Positions 45,721 through 62,500 of a DNA stretch of 64,000 nt are shown piece by piece. Within the stretch, counting starts at the first letter, position 1; each line of letters starts with the position of its first letter. The position numbers were made by a program, and so were the translations under genes. The stretch is from NCBI RefSeq assembly GCF_009914755.1, contig NC_060937.1. One strand, 5' to 3'. The notes under the pieces were generated by a model. It was not told the origin of the DNA, did not search any database, and was given only the letters and a program-made list of their open reading frames with translations. The stretch is from the human T2T-CHM13v2.0 reference genome, Homo sapiens.

Positions 45721-46426
45721 TATATATATATTTTTCTCCCACACCTAAATCAAGGAACTGAGCCTTCTTTCCAGTATAATAGTTAACACTTACATGCAAC
45801 ATTTAGACTTGTGCCAGAGGCTGTGTTAAATCCATAACATGGATTATCTCATTTAAATCCTCTCAGTCCTATAAAGTAGGCACTAGAAGGCAATTATTAT
45901 GCAAACAATATGAAAAAGAATTTAAATGTGGTTCCGAGGAATATCTCAGAAAAGACACTGACCCCGTAAGTGGAACCCACTCTGGGGCTCTGCTCTTTCT
46001 GCCAGTAGGGATCATGATGTCTCCTTTGACCCCACAGCGTAGAAGCCCCATAACCTCATGTTGCAGAGGCCCCATACCGAGCAGAGGCCACTCCCTGAGT
46101 CACCACTGCTAGATGGTTTCTACAACGCAGAACTCACTGTGCAGGACACGGCAGTGTGGGATCCACTTTTAAAGAAACAGGAAAGCAGCTGGTTGCCCTC
46201 ACAGCCAAGAATCCGATCTGAACAAGTATTCTGAAGAAAGCACTGCAGTAGGAATATGGAAAGCTAGGAAACAAAATTGCCATGCCCTCTGTGCCCCCAG
46301 AAAAGGGAGGGGGGCAAGGGGACAATCAGAAAAAAATGGAAAGACAATGTAGCCAGACATAGTCCTACCAGAAGAAGGGACATCCTCTCCCACCTCCAAA
46401 TAAACCCCCAGGTTTCCTCGCGCTTG

Positions 46427-46472
46427 ATTTTTGGTTGCCACGGTCAGAAATTTTTGGTTGCCGTGGTCAGAA
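46427..46472. repeat. 23-bp tandem duplication
   Basis: atttttggttgccACggtcagaa / atttttggttgccGTggtcagaa. Confidence 0.9.
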
Positions 46473-49400
46473 TTGCAGGCTGCTAACAAAAGGACTGATC
46501 TCAAGAGAGAAATGTAAATGCATGGACTTGGTGCCTTGATTCTTTCAAAGAACACTGTGGACTCCATGCTTCCTAACTTCACTACTGTGAGGCTGAGAGG
46601 GACAGGCTCTCCCAATATACAGATGGAGCCAGTATGTAAGGTTCACGAAGTCTAAATTACTTCAGAGAGAAGCAAAGCCAGAGAAGCCAGGAGCGGTGCT
46701 GTTCCCAGTATTGGTCCCAACTCCCCTCAAAGAAGCATCCTTCGTTTCAGGGCAGATAATCATCCCATTCTGCATTGAAGCTGTGAAGGCCTCTTCCCTC
46801 AGTCACACGGCTCTGATTCCAGTTATCCAGTGTGTTCACCAAATGCAATACCTGCCATTCCCCACTGTTCCTGACAATAACTAGAGGAAAAAAGCCCAAT
46901 GAAAGCCACTGGGTGTGGCAGGAGGGGCAAACCACAGACCAGCCAGAATCTGGTCCAAAGCCCAGAAACATCTTTTCTGAAGCCCAAGTTCCTGGGATGA
47001 CCAAATCTCGACCAGTGGGCCAGGTAAATGGCATCCCCTGGGTCTGCCAACACTGCACATCTGAACGAATGCCTTGGGAGAAAAAGGAACACGGCTAGCA
47101 AGCCACCAAATCATTTTCCCAGTTTGATGCCCATCCTTCTGGTAATTCCATTTGGAAATGTACTAAGCCTGGATTGACAGATCATGACCCACACTGAACC
47201 ACAGGGGTGGTTATTTTCAAGGCTGCTTTGTAGATGGGTATGGGAGTGGGGGAGGAGGCAGATTATGGCAAAACAGAAAGGGAGGCCACTAAAGTTTATC
47301 ACAAGGCAGATAATCTGCCACAAATGAAGCTACTACTCTGTTCCCTCACGGGAAGAGAGGTCTAAACCCTGGGGTGGATAGCAGGTTGGCCAGGGATCTG
47401 ATGCCTCCCCACCCGAGGCCTGGGAAACCTGAGGGTAGGCAGATGTCCTGAAGATCCAGGAATACCCCAGGACCTTTGAACCCCATGTATGGAGGGTCTC
47501 CATCCCACAGGACAAGTCCACCACCAGGCGGCCCACTAGAAGGCGGCAGGGGAGCAAAGGGAGGCCATGGGCAGCAAGGAGACAGAGGCTGAAGAGACCC
47601 CCCAGATTTGGCGAGAGGAGCCAGTAAAGCTAGGTGAAGGGGAAGGAGGCCAGCAGCCTGGACGGGTGGCTGCAACACACAGGCAGGCACCTGAGAGGGG
47701 CCCCAAGAAGATACATCTTCCAGCCCTGACCCTGGGGATAAGAGTTCTAAAAAGGTCAGTTGTGACTTTCAAAAAGTCCCTCTTCCATCCAACACGTTCT
47801 TTGCTCAGCCTTCCCATCTCATTAATACAGCAACTCCGATGTGCTTGGAGTCATATTTGACCTTTCTCGTCCTTCCATGAATCCACCGGCCAATCCTATT
47901 GGATCTGCCTTTAAAATCTATCCAGGTCTGCAGGGGCCAACTATACAGAAAAACACCACATCCTATCGGAAGGTCTTGCTTGGAGTGAGGACCAAGAGGC
48001 AGGTGGAGTGATAGGCATCTCTGAAGATGCCTCTGGAAGAGATAACTCCGAGACTCAAGTATCTCCAAGGTTAGAGGGAAACAATATTTTTCTCCATAAC
48101 AAGGATGCACTTATTCACATTTCAAATTTGTCCCTAGGATTAATAGCAATCCCTCCAAATACATGGTTGATAATGAGAAAGGATTAATTTAATTGGACAT
48201 AATTCTGAGCCCTCCAACATAATTATCTATTTGTATGGACTTTGGTTAAAATAAACTACAGACCAGAATAATCAATCAACACGTATTTAATTCCATCAAA
48301 GAATGAGTTCTTCTACCAAATAGAAAATTGTAACTCCCTGAAGTCAACAGTCTTGTCTTTCAAGCCTTTCTTTTTTTTTTTCACCTAAAGCAAGTAATCA
48401 TATGTACAGGAGCACGTGGCTCTAGGATCCAGACCCAGACAAGGGAGTACATTTCTGATCTACTTACTAAGCCCTTTCCTCTTTACTCAAAACTCCTTTG
48501 ACATCCTTTGAATTTTACCTTTATAATAATTAAACATGATCGTAATATGCTAAACCTATTTTTAAAACCATTTTAATCTATTGTTGACCTTTCCCCTAAG
48601 TTTCTATTCTGTTCGTGTGACTTAAATAAGACCTTTTGTTTTAATAACAGGAGGGTGTGTTCATATAAAAATCATGGTAATTTCCACTGAGATCAACTAA
48701 AAATACCAGAGGAATAAATGTATCATGGTTTCCTATTATCTGAACCAAACATAAAGGGCAAGAAATGTTAGGAAAAATCCCAGATAAATTATAATTCGAA
48801 TTAAATACAATTAGGGCATTCGGCCAGAGGCCGACATACACAATTCTACTAGTCGAACGTAAGTAAGATAAAAGGCACATTCTTTAGGGAGATACACCTG
48901 GGATTGAAATCTCAACCATCTGGTAACTATGTCTGGACTAAAACCCAACACATGAGGGCATGGCGGTGATGACGTGAGTATTGGGAAATGTAGGTTATTT
49001 ATTTATTTTTTTCCTGAAGGCACATGTCTGACTATCCTAGTCACACAAGTCAAACACAACTGCTGTCTGGTTCCCCCATCCCCTGGAAAGGGTCAGGAGC
49101 TGAACCAGCAGGCTGTTGTAGTACTACAGTGCAGCTGCCGCTCTGTGTACGCGCAGGTTTTAGAATGACTCTGACCTGCCCATGCCTGGGAAGTTTTCTA
49201 CTACGCAGAAAGGAACACCCTGAGAATACGGTGTCTTGCTAAAGGCGGAAGAACTTCCTCTCATTCCAAACCATGTGGAGGGCTTGAGGAACCCGGCCTT
49301 TCCAGGCCACACTGGGTCACAAGGAAGCCCACCTAGGGGAGACTTCCTCAAAGCAATCTTGGGGACCCAGACGAGAGGTGCAGGCGGCGCGTCCCGGGTT

Positions 49401-49755
49401 CTAGGGACAAGCGGAGAGCCAGGCGCCCTAGGTCAGGGCGGCCACCGGGCGGGGATGGCAGCAGAGTCCCTGGGCCGGCCACCTGCCGCGGGACCACCCT
49501 CCGGGCGGCCGGGCAGAGTCCCCACCCACGGCTGATGACACATCCCCGGACCTCGTGGCGGGGCGGGCTGCTCTGCACCGCGCCATGTAAGGGAAGGTCT
49601 CCTCGCCGCCGGCGGGCTCCGTGTGCCTCCCAGTCTGGCCCCCGTGCCCGCCGCCCGCCTACGCACCCCGACCACCCCGTGCGTAGCGGCGCGCGGGTCC
49701 CCGGACAGGCGCGCGGAGCGGGCATCGCCAGATCGCCCACGCTTACTCACTCGGT

Positions 49756-49764
49756 GTTGCATCA
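49756..49764 (-). promoter_or_regulatory. Intron-1 C/EBP-ATF element TGATGCAAC (Cat-1 INE-like)
   Basis: Plus strand gttgcatca, ~260 bp into intron 1; identical to the intronic element described for rodent Cat-1. Confidence 0.75.
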
Positions 49765-50080
49765 TGCACCACGCCGCGGTTTCAGGGAGCCAAAATGGAC
49801 TCCGTGGAGGCGACAGTCGCATGGGCACCAGCCCCGCTCGCCCACTCCGGGGCCCGCCCGGCCCTGGTCCTGGCCCTTCCCAGAGGATGGCAGCGTTCCC
49901 GGCGCGGGGGCCCTCGCCACTCCCGCGCCGCCCTGCCGCGGCCCCACGCGGCGCCAGGGCCCCCTCCGTGATGACCCGGGCCCAAGGAGCTGCCCCCTGC
50001 GTTGGCGGGGCCGGGCACTCACCAAGCCGGCGGCGGCGGGGCTCCGGCAGGATCGCGAACAGACAGACTGTCGGACGCGC

Positions 50081-50281
50081 TCAAGGACCAACGGACGCTC
50101 GGCCGGCGAGACCGGGCGGGGCGGGGCGGGGGCGCGGCGCGCGGGGAGAGGAGTGGAGGCTGCGGTTAGCGGGAGCCCGCGGCCGCGTGCGCGCCTGCCA
50201 GGTAGTTGACCCGCTGCTCACACCTGCCTGCGCGGACTGAATGGGCGCCGAGGGCTGGCGGGTTCCGGCGCCAGGTTTCAT
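50081..50281 (-). other. Upstream ORF in exon 1 (66 aa, MKPGAGTRQPSAPIQ...GRASVGP)
   Basis: ATG lies within the AARE (tgATGaaac) and is open to TGA at 50083-50081; it is the C-terminal part of ORF-track entry 50081..50494. Rodent Cat-1 leader has a known regulatory uORF. Confidence 0.65.
50114..50132 (+). promoter_or_regulatory. Tandem GC boxes / potential G-quadruplex GGGCGGGGCGGGGCGGGGG on the template strand of exon 1
   Basis: Four G-runs of >=3 with single-C loops. Confidence 0.55.
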
Positions 50282-50283
50282 CA
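50275..50283 (-). promoter_or_regulatory. Amino acid response element (C/EBP-ATF site) TGATGAAAC
   Basis: Plus strand gtttcatca; the same 9-mer is the established ATF4-bound AARE in Cat-1 exon 1. Confidence 0.85.
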
Positions 50284-50774
50284 GCAGTGCGCCCGGCCCC
50301 CGCCCCTCGCGCTCCGCGCCCCGCGCCCCACGCCCGCCCCCGGACCAGGCAGCCCCGGCCCGCTCGGCCGCGTCACCGCCGGGCACCAATGGGAGCGCGG
50401 CGCGGCGGCGGCTGCCAGCCCAGAGGCTGCGGCCGGGGACCGACGCGCCCTTGGTGGGCGGGGCGGCTGAGTCTTCGCGCGCCCAGCGCCCCAACCTGGG
50501 GTTCCCGCGGCGGGCGGGCGGGCTGCGCCTCCGCTCGCCTTCTCAGTAGCTCCGTAGGCGTGTGGCCGTTTCTCCGCCAATCTGAGCGCACCGCGCCACA
50601 GCATCCTGTGGTCCCCTGCAGATCCCACAGCGCCCTGGCCAGAACTAGTGCTGCAGGTCCGGCCGTGCCAACCCCCTCCCGGCGGGCCCCAGGGAGCTCA
50701 CACGGAACTCGAGACCAGTTTTCCTTCTCCAAAATAAAAGATTTGGTATGCACTTAAAAGGTTTAAACTGTTTT

Positions 50775-52371
<1,597 letters not shown>

Positions 52372-53475
52372 TTAGTTCAATTGCACAGTGGTGAAATGAT
52401 GCCTTCCATTCACAGAAGATCTCCCAGATCCCACGCAGCCTGCTCTGTCTGCTGAGGCCACAGTAAGCATGTCCCCTTCTCACAGAGAGAAGCCTGGTAG
52501 GATTAAAGACCACCTGCTTTGCCCTTGGCACCAGATCAGGATTTGAATCTGAACTCTACCAGTTCATTTGCTGTGAGAGCTTCTGCAAACTATTTCACTC
52601 CTGTTTGGAGCTTGTAAATCTTATATTCTTAAGAAAAAAATCTATCCCTTGGTGTTTGAAATATGACTGTGGAATTTTCTCTTTCTGCCTCTCTTTCTTT
52701 CTTTTTCTCTTTGCTGACTTCTGGCAGTAAAATAGAATTTCATAAATTGTAGAGATGCTCTCCTTGGGCAACACAGAGCGCCAACATGAGTTAATGTTTG
52801 TAAATTCTGAGAGCAAGTGCTCCAGGCCCTGATGGGAGTATGGTGACATTTAACCCAGGAGATTTTTAGCACTGTGCTCCGTTTAGCAATCCCACTCAGC
52901 AAGGTCCTGTCTTCAAAAAGACGATAAGACAAGCCCCATGAGCAAGTGACTTCTCAGCAGAAAGGATTCAGTATGAACCAGGGAAAAAATAGTTACGCAC
53001 AAGATCTCAGCAAAACATTAGAGGATGCTGATAAAGAGGGCTACATGTTTTAAGCAAAGCCAGTTTTTAGGCAGGTCAAGACTCACATTACAGGTTCAGA
53101 GAAACCGTGAGTGACAGGCAGCCTTGATTACAATCAAAGAGCAGCTGCCCAAGATTCCAGCAACCATTAAGAAAGGGAGATGCTACAATTTAGGCCCTAG
53201 AGAGCAACATCTAAGGTTAAGGTTGACATACTAAGTCTCTTTCTAGCACCATTAGGCACCTTGGGGGCAAGGAAAGTGCACAGAATCAAAGCCAGGCAGA
53301 TGTGGGTTTCAATTCTAACCAGCTGCTGGCCTGGGGAGAGGGGCCCTGCTCACTCTGTGCCTCAGTTTCCTCATTTTCGAAATAAGAATTTTACTACCTG
53401 CTGGATACATACGAACTTCATGGTAAGGATGAAAAATGTGTATAAAGATGAACAGAATATAGAGCTCAGAAATAG

Positions 53476-53906
53476 ACTTAGTTTGTTTTGTATTGCTATA
53501 ATGGAATACTCGAGTCTGGGTAATTTATAAAGAAAAAATGGTTTATTTGGCTCACAATTCTAATGGCTGGAAAGTTCAAGATTGGACATCTGCATGTGGA
53601 GAGGGCCTCAGGCTGCTTCCACTCATGGCAAAAGATGAAAGGGAGTGTGCGTGTGTGCAGAGATCACATGACAAGAGTATAAGCAAGAGGGAGAGGAGAG
53701 AAGGGCCCGGTTCCTTTAAATAACCAGCTCCGGAGTCATCTAATAGAGTGAAAATTCATCTCCCCGTCCCACCTACCCCCAGGAAGGACATTTCATGAAG
53801 GATCCACACCCGTGAACCAAATACCTCCCATTAGGTTCCACCTTCAACATTGGGGATCAAATTTCAACATGAGGTCTGGAGGGCACAAACATCGAAACCC
53901 AAACAG
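53476..53906 (-). mobile_element. MST (MSTB-type) MaLR LTR
   Basis: ctgggtaatttataaagaaaa...tggctcac...ttggggatcaaatttcaacatgag. Confidence 0.8.
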
Positions 53907-53909
53907 TAG

Positions 53910-55980
<2,071 letters not shown>

Positions 55981-57422
55981 AATGTATGTATATATGTATG
56001 TAAAGTACCTGACATAGTTCTATGTATAGAAAGTGCCAATCAAAAATAGGTATTATTAAGAAGATTAAGCAAATGGAGCCCTCCATTTTCTGGAGTGTTT
56101 TAAGGCAGTGTATGGGATAGGTTAAGCATGTGGGCTCTGGAGTTGGAGTACATGAGTTCAAATCCTGGCCTTGCAGTTTCTGAGCCACATATACTTAGGC
56201 AATTACTTTACCTTTCTCCAAGGTTCAGTTTGCTCCTTTGTAAGACAGAGCTATCAGTTCCTGTGATGTATAAATGACAATATTCACATAAAACATTTAG
56301 TGCCACGTCTGTCCCATAGCAAATGCCCAGTGAACACGGTTATCATGCATGACACTAGACTGATTTGTGGGGTGATATGAAATGCTAAATGCTTTCTTTT
56401 TCTTCCATAAAGGGATATTCTTTGGCCTTCACAATGAACAAGTCTTTGCAGGGAAGAGCGGTCTGTAGTTAGCCCTGCAAGGATTTAGTGGTAAAACTTC
56501 ACCATCCTAGCTTTCTAGGGGTCCAGGTGGGGAGGTAAGGAACACAACTGTCACTGTGTTCTTCGGGGGTCCTTAATGTTGACCATTAAGCTCCCATCCA
56601 TTCTCTTGGAGCCAGTACTACTTTCTCTTCTGGGAAATTCTGCTCTTGAATTTCCCTACTAGTTAGTGTGACTTCAAGAGGAACTTCCGTCTCAAAAAAC
56701 CCCATCTCCACGGCATAGAAATTTTGTTGGGGGTAGAAAGCTCCTGGCTGACCATCCCCTGGCTGTAGGGAGGGCCCTCAGGATGGACAAAAGCCTTCCT
56801 TGCCGAGGACTTTTGGAACTGGAATAAGAAGTCTCTTTGATCCCCGTGGACAGTGCTGGGCAGACATCAGCCAGGTGCTGCCAGCATCTTCGGTTCCGGC
56901 CCCGGGGAATAAGCCAGTCTGAGAGAATAAAGTGGACACAGACAGAGAAATCAAAGAGGAGCCACAAAGTGAGAGTTAGTAGCCCTCGATCCCTGTTCCA
57001 GTGCTCACTAGCCACCACCCCGTTTTTTGCTGACACCACTTCATCTTGGGTTTCTGTCACTTATGTCCAAGAGTCTTGATTCACACAGCTTTCCCATGCT
57101 AGGAACATTCCACCCATGTCAGAGAGGAAGAATTAGAAGCACCTTGAGAAAAGAGTGCCTCTAAAGGATTGCAAAAAAGACAGAGAGCAACAACCGACAA
57201 ACACTTGGATTTTTAAAAGTGTAGCTGTTGGGCTTAGAGGATTTGACTACGGTCATTTAGTACAGAATAAAATTTAATCCTGCCAAAATTTTGAGGAGAC
57301 CTTCGAAACCAGCTGCATGCATGCCTGTGGGATGGCAGAAAGTGCTTTCTCTCCAGCATAAACAATGTACTCTCAAGAGAAGAGGACTTTCTCACAATAT
57401 ACATCTTTGTAAGAAAATACAG

Positions 57423-57969
57423 TGTATTAGGGCTCTCCAGAGGGAGAGAACTAATAGGATACATGTACATATGAAAGAGAGTTTATTAAGGAGAATTGAC
57501 TCACATGATCACAAAGTGAAGGCCCACAATAGGTCATCTGCAAGCTGAGGAGGCAGGAACCCAGTAGTGGCTCAGTCCGAGTCCCAAAGCTTCAAAATTA
57601 GGAAAGCTGTGGCTGAAGCTCCAAGAGCCCCTGGCAAACCACTGGTGTAAGTCCAAGAGTCCAAAGGATGAAGAAGCTGGATTCTTATGTTCGAGGGCAG
57701 GAAGCATCCAGCACGGGAGAAAGATGAAGGCTGGAAGACTCAGCAAGGCAGCTTATCCCACCTTCTGCCTGCTTTTGTTCCAGGTGCACTAGTAGCCCAT
57801 TGGATGGTACTCACCTAGATTGAGGGTGGGCCTTCCTCTCCCAGTCCACTGACTCAGGTGTTAATCTCCTCTGGCAACACCCTCACAGATACACCCAGAA
57901 ACAATACTTTACCAGCTATCTAAGCATCCTTCAATCCAACCAAGTTGACACTTAATATTAACCATCACA
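57423..57969 (-). mobile_element. MLT2A (ERVL) solo LTR
   Basis: tgtattagggctctccagagggag...caagttgacacttaatattaaccatcaca; near-perfect 5-bp TSD tacag/cacag. Confidence 0.85.
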
Positions 57970-58109
57970 CACAGCTATAGGAAAATGATGAGAGATGCTC
58001 ACAAAGGTTTAGATACATGTATGTCTATCATGGGGTCACTTATTGTAGCAAAAGAGGAAATTTCAGATACCCACAAGCAAAGGGTTGGTTAAATACATTA
58101 AGATGCTTT

Positions 58110-58644
58110 TGTTGCCAGAAAAAGGGGTCCCGATCCAACCCCAGGAGAGGGTTATTGGATCTCGCACAGGAGGGAATTCAAGACAAGTCACAGAGTGCAG
58201 TGAGAAGAGGTAGCTTATTGAAGGCTACTCAGCTGCAGGGTAGGGCATCCTCAGAAAGTGTCTTTGTTTTAAACTCTTCTTACACAGGGGTCTTATCTAC
58301 GTAAAAGCTGAGTTATGTCTACCTGCAGATGGGCCGACAGTGAGACAAATTTTAGTAATTTGCTGATTTTTAAAAAGTTATCTTTGACATTTTTGTGTGT
58401 AAGTACATCAAAGCATGACTGTAATTATTTTAAAAGCATATTTTGTTATGTGATATTAGGACATCTGGGCATTTCGTTATCATAGGAGTTTGTCCTTGCG
58501 GGCATTATTAGGCTGCTTCTTTAGTTGTAAACATCTTATGACCATGGGTTGTGACTGGCAAGGAATGTGCCTTGCTAGTTTCGAGACAGAGTTGATTTTA
58601 ACATGCTGTCACCCTACCTCTCCTATGCTCTTGTTTCCCTACCA
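58110..58644 (-). mobile_element. ERV1 MER4-group solo LTR (MER49/MER66-like)
   Basis: tgttgccagaaaaaggggtcccgatcc...agagggttattggatctcgcac end and gactggcaaggaatgtgccttgctag motif; subfamily uncertain. Confidence 0.7.
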
Positions 58645-59233
58645 CCTTCACAAAATGGAATATAAATATTAAACAGCCATTAAATATCATGTTTTCAAAT
58701 AGTATTTAAAATGGTGGAAGGGACTCAGACTATAGTATGAGAATGGGGTATAATATTTTGTCTGTAATATACTTCCAATTTTTATATATACATACTCATA
58801 TGTACATGTCCACAAATATAAGCCTATATTATATTCATGCATATATGTAGTATACATAAACAGGGCAGAAACATATACAAATGTTGTCCCTACAGGAAGT
58901 TTTAATTCTTTTGTATACTTACCTCAATTTTCTACATTGAAAATTTACAATAAACTCAATAGATGTTATTAAAAATTAGAATTTTACCAAAAAACAAAAT
59001 TTCATCTTCAGCCTCATTGTCCCAAACAAATCTATACAAGCCAAGGAACATCCAAGCCTCCCTTCTCAACTCCTGCTGTCCCTTGTTGTTTGTTAGGAAA
59101 GGGCTCAGGCCTGGCATCCAACTGTTGACAAGATTTTCAGGCCATTGGCACTAGGTAAGAAGGTAACCAGGGTAACAAGCTCTGAAAAGGTAATAAGAGC
59201 CTATCCTCCCCATAAGTAGTTGAAAATAAAAAT

Positions 59234-59731
59234 ACTGTTGACCCTTGAACAATGTAGGATTGAACTGGGCAGGTCCACTCATACATGGATTTTTTTAAAT
59301 ATAAAAGTTACACCAAGGGTGCCTGCCTCTCCCGCCTCCCTTTCCACCTCCTGCATTTCTTCAGCCTCTGCCAGCCCTGAGGGAGCAAGACCAACCCCTC
59401 CTCTTCTTCCTCCTCCTCAGCCTACTCAATGTGAAAATGAGGATGATGACCTTGATGATAATCCACTTTCACTTAATGACTAGTAAATATATTTTCTGTT
59501 CCTTAGGATTTTCTTAATGATATTTTCTGTCCTTTAGCTTACCCTATCGTAAGAATACAATCTATAATACAGGTAACACACAAAATATACGTTAACCAAC
59601 TGTTTATGTCATCAGTAAGGCTTCTGATCAACAGTAGGCTATTAGTAGTTAAGTTTTGAGGGATTATACATGAATTTTCCATGTGTGAGGAGTTGGCACC
59701 CCTAAGCCCCACATTGTTCCAGGGTTAACTA
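59234..59731 (+). mobile_element. Tigger2a (MER28)
   Basis: TIRs ctgttgacccttgaacaa / ttgttccagggttaacta; cctcagcctactcaatgtgaa internal motif. Confidence 0.8.
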
Positions 59732-60126
59732 TATTAAAATAAGTGTGAGGCAGTCCAACAAATTATTTTTTCCCCAAGCTGCCTTGATTCCCTTCAGTGC
59801 TTTTTTCCTTTCGTATCACATTTTCCAACAAATGTCTTCAGGTTTCCCCTGTTTAGCTGGAGATTTAGGCACAGGCAGCTTGCCAGGTGAGCATTCGAGC
59901 CCTGATGGTGACCTCTAACCTGGGCCTTGGTCATCATTATCACCAAGAGGATGCTTCCTCACTCACCTTTCCTTAGTTTCTTTAGTGTTTAGAAGTTTTT
60001 TGTGTGCCATGAAACAAGTGCTTAACTAATTTCCCATACCTTTGCTACATTTTTTAGCATATGAATGTTATAGCCATTGACACTTAAATTTATAAAGCAC
60101 ATGAGAACATTCTGGAACATATGGTA

Positions 60127-60523
60127 TGTTATGGGCTGCACTGCATCCTCCTCAAAATTATATCTTGAAATCCGAATCCCCAATGTCTCTGAATGTAATT
60201 GTATTTGGGGATGGGACCTCTAAAGAGACAAACAAGCTAAAATGAGGTCATTAGGGTGGGCCTTAATCCAATCTGACTAGTGTCCTTAGAAGAAGAAGAG
60301 ATTAGGACCTGCAGAGACCAGGGAGGCTTACGCACAGACCATGTGAGGACACAATGAGAAGACGGCTGTCTGCAAGTCAAGGAGACAGGCCTCAGAACAA
60401 ACCAAACCTGTAGGCATATTGATCTTAGACTTCTCTTCTCCAGAACTATGACATAGTAAGTGTCTGTTGTTTAAGCCTTCCAGTCTGTGGTATTTTGTTA
60501 TAGAAACCTGAACAGACTAATAT
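60127..60523 (+). mobile_element. MLT1A/B MaLR LTR
   Basis: tgttatgggctg...aaatgaggtcattagggtgggccttaatccaat...cagtctgtggtattttgttata...agactaata. Confidence 0.82.
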
Positions 60524-62314
60524 AGTGGAAATCATATTTAAACAGAAGATTGACTGTCAGAGCTGAAAGAGACAGGACTAACAATGGCCCAAGCAAACCT
60601 CTGGTTTTTCAGCTACACGGGGCGCCCCATGCAGCCCTCAAGGTCACAGGACCCAGCAGAGGCAGAACCAGGCCCTCTTACTGACAGTGCCAGGCTCCTT
60701 TCACGACTTAAGGCTGAAGCTTCCATTTGTTTATTTATCAATTTGTTGCTTTTAAGGTGTTTCCTGCAATTGCTGTCCTCCCTCTTGGCTCCTGTGCCCA
60801 ATGCAGAAAATAGGAAAGCCTTCGAGAGTCTCCACGTCATCCTCGTCCCTGTCATTTGCAGTTCAGTAGATGTGCTGCCAACACAAGCAATCCACTTGCT
60901 CTGACTGATAGGAGCACAATGCTATCAGCTCCCAAAGGCTGGGACGTCCCACTGTGAGCAGAGTGGCAGAGAGGAAAAAAAGCAGAGCTTTTGGCATTGG
61001 ACAGGCATGGGTGTGAATCTGAACTCCCTCATCAACCAGCTATGTGACCTTGGTCAAGTTAGTGAACCTCTTAAAGTCTCCATAAAGGAGGACAACAGTG
61101 TTTAGCCTTGACCGATCACTGTGAGGATGAGATGAGATGAGTGCGTAAAAGGAAACGTCAAATCACTAGCTCCCTCCTCCCCTCTCTTCTTTCTTCTATC
61201 CTCTGACTCTTCCTTTCTCTCCCCTTCTTGTGAAAAGAAAGGAAATCAAAGAAAGTGTAGCAAGGCCTGTACTAAGATTTCTGACTCTCTTCCATGGCCA
61301 TTTCCACTAAAACACATGTGTCTCTCTCAACCAGGGAACACCTGCCTGTAAACCGTAGGGCTCTCGGTGGCACTGGAGGTGGCTCACCTGATCAATGTGT
61401 TTTGTGGGGTTTAGCTAATGTCTGCAGGGATTTGATTTGACAGAAGCCATCCCCTTCTTTGGATTTCTAGAAGGGTGTGCCACATGAGTGATGTTCCATC
61501 CTGGGCCAAGCCTAACCACAGTAGTTCTTTCATCTGAAAATCCTCATCACAGATAAGGCTTTCTTGCTGCATTAAGAGAGAAAAAGGCATAAGAGATTTC
61601 AGCTCACTTGAACACTTCAGAAGCTTTGACTCTATGAAGCATAAATATAACCCGTATATATTATATATGAAGACATTTTGGACTTCTAAACAGTTTGCCC
61701 ATTCCTTAGACGTCCCATTCCTGCCTTGAAATACCCTAATCTCACAGCCTTGGAATTAGGTCTCTTCCGTTTGCATTTGACACAGAACATTCCTACAAGA
61801 GTGGGCTATCAGGGGTGCGTGGACAATACAGTGGCTGAGAACACACATAGTAGAGACAGAGTGACTTTCAGCAGGTCACTGAACTCTCTAGGCCTCAGTT
61901 TCCTCATCAGAAAAATGGGACATCTAACGAGCTTCCGCAAAAATTGAGATAAAGCCTGAAAGCTCCTTAAGAAGTGCCTGGCATATAATAATAATAACTT
62001 CATAAAAGCTACCTATCATTATTGTTGTTACCATAAATAATTTTCACCTGATGCATGCTCTGCTGATATAAGAAAACAACAGCAGAACACCTTTATCGGT
62101 GCCTAGCCATTTTATTGTTTGACTAGTAGAGTTTAGTGTGGAAAAAAGCCACAGGAGCAGTGGTATTTATAAATGGCTTCTTATTGTGAACTGATGGCCC
62201 ACCCCCAAGATGATAAACTGATAGGACTCTGCCATGAAGACTATCTTGTAAAGGTTTGCTGTGATTCACAGCATGGGAAGCTATTGCTCATGCTAAGGGT
62301 ATCACCAAAAGGAG

Positions 62315-62500
62315 AGTTTCCCAACCTCACTACTAGGAAAATTTGGGACAGATAATTTTTTGTTGTTGTTGCTCTGAGACTTGTAGGATAGTTAGCAGGA
62401 TCCCTGGCCTCTACCCAGCAGATACCACAACCAAAAATGTCTTCAGACATTGCCAATGTCCCCTGGAAGGCAAAATCAGCCTCCACTGAGAGCCACTTGC
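62315..62500 (-). mobile_element. MER20
   Basis: aaaatgtcttcagacattgccaatgtcccctgg...tgagagccact. Confidence 0.75.

Larger units (their letters stand above)
50023..50295 (-). other. SLC7A1: SLC7A1 exon 1 (non-coding, GC-rich 5'UTR); 5' boundary approximate
   Basis: Donor TTG|GTGAGT with GT at 50022-50021; inside the CpG island just downstream of GC boxes and CCAAT; contains the AARE. Confidence 0.85.
49330..50720. promoter_or_regulatory. SLC7A1: CpG island / TATA-less promoter of SLC7A1
   Basis: Abrupt very high GC and CpG density; GC boxes (50297-50306, 50333-50340, 50455-50464), CCAAT (50386-50390, 50577-50581), half-CRE CGTCA (50371-50375). Confidence 0.92.

Noticed and set aside
49236-50757. 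Many overlapping 100-224 aa Arg/Pro/Gly/Ala-rich ORFs
   Set aside because: Stop-codon depletion in a CpG island; no recognisable protein.
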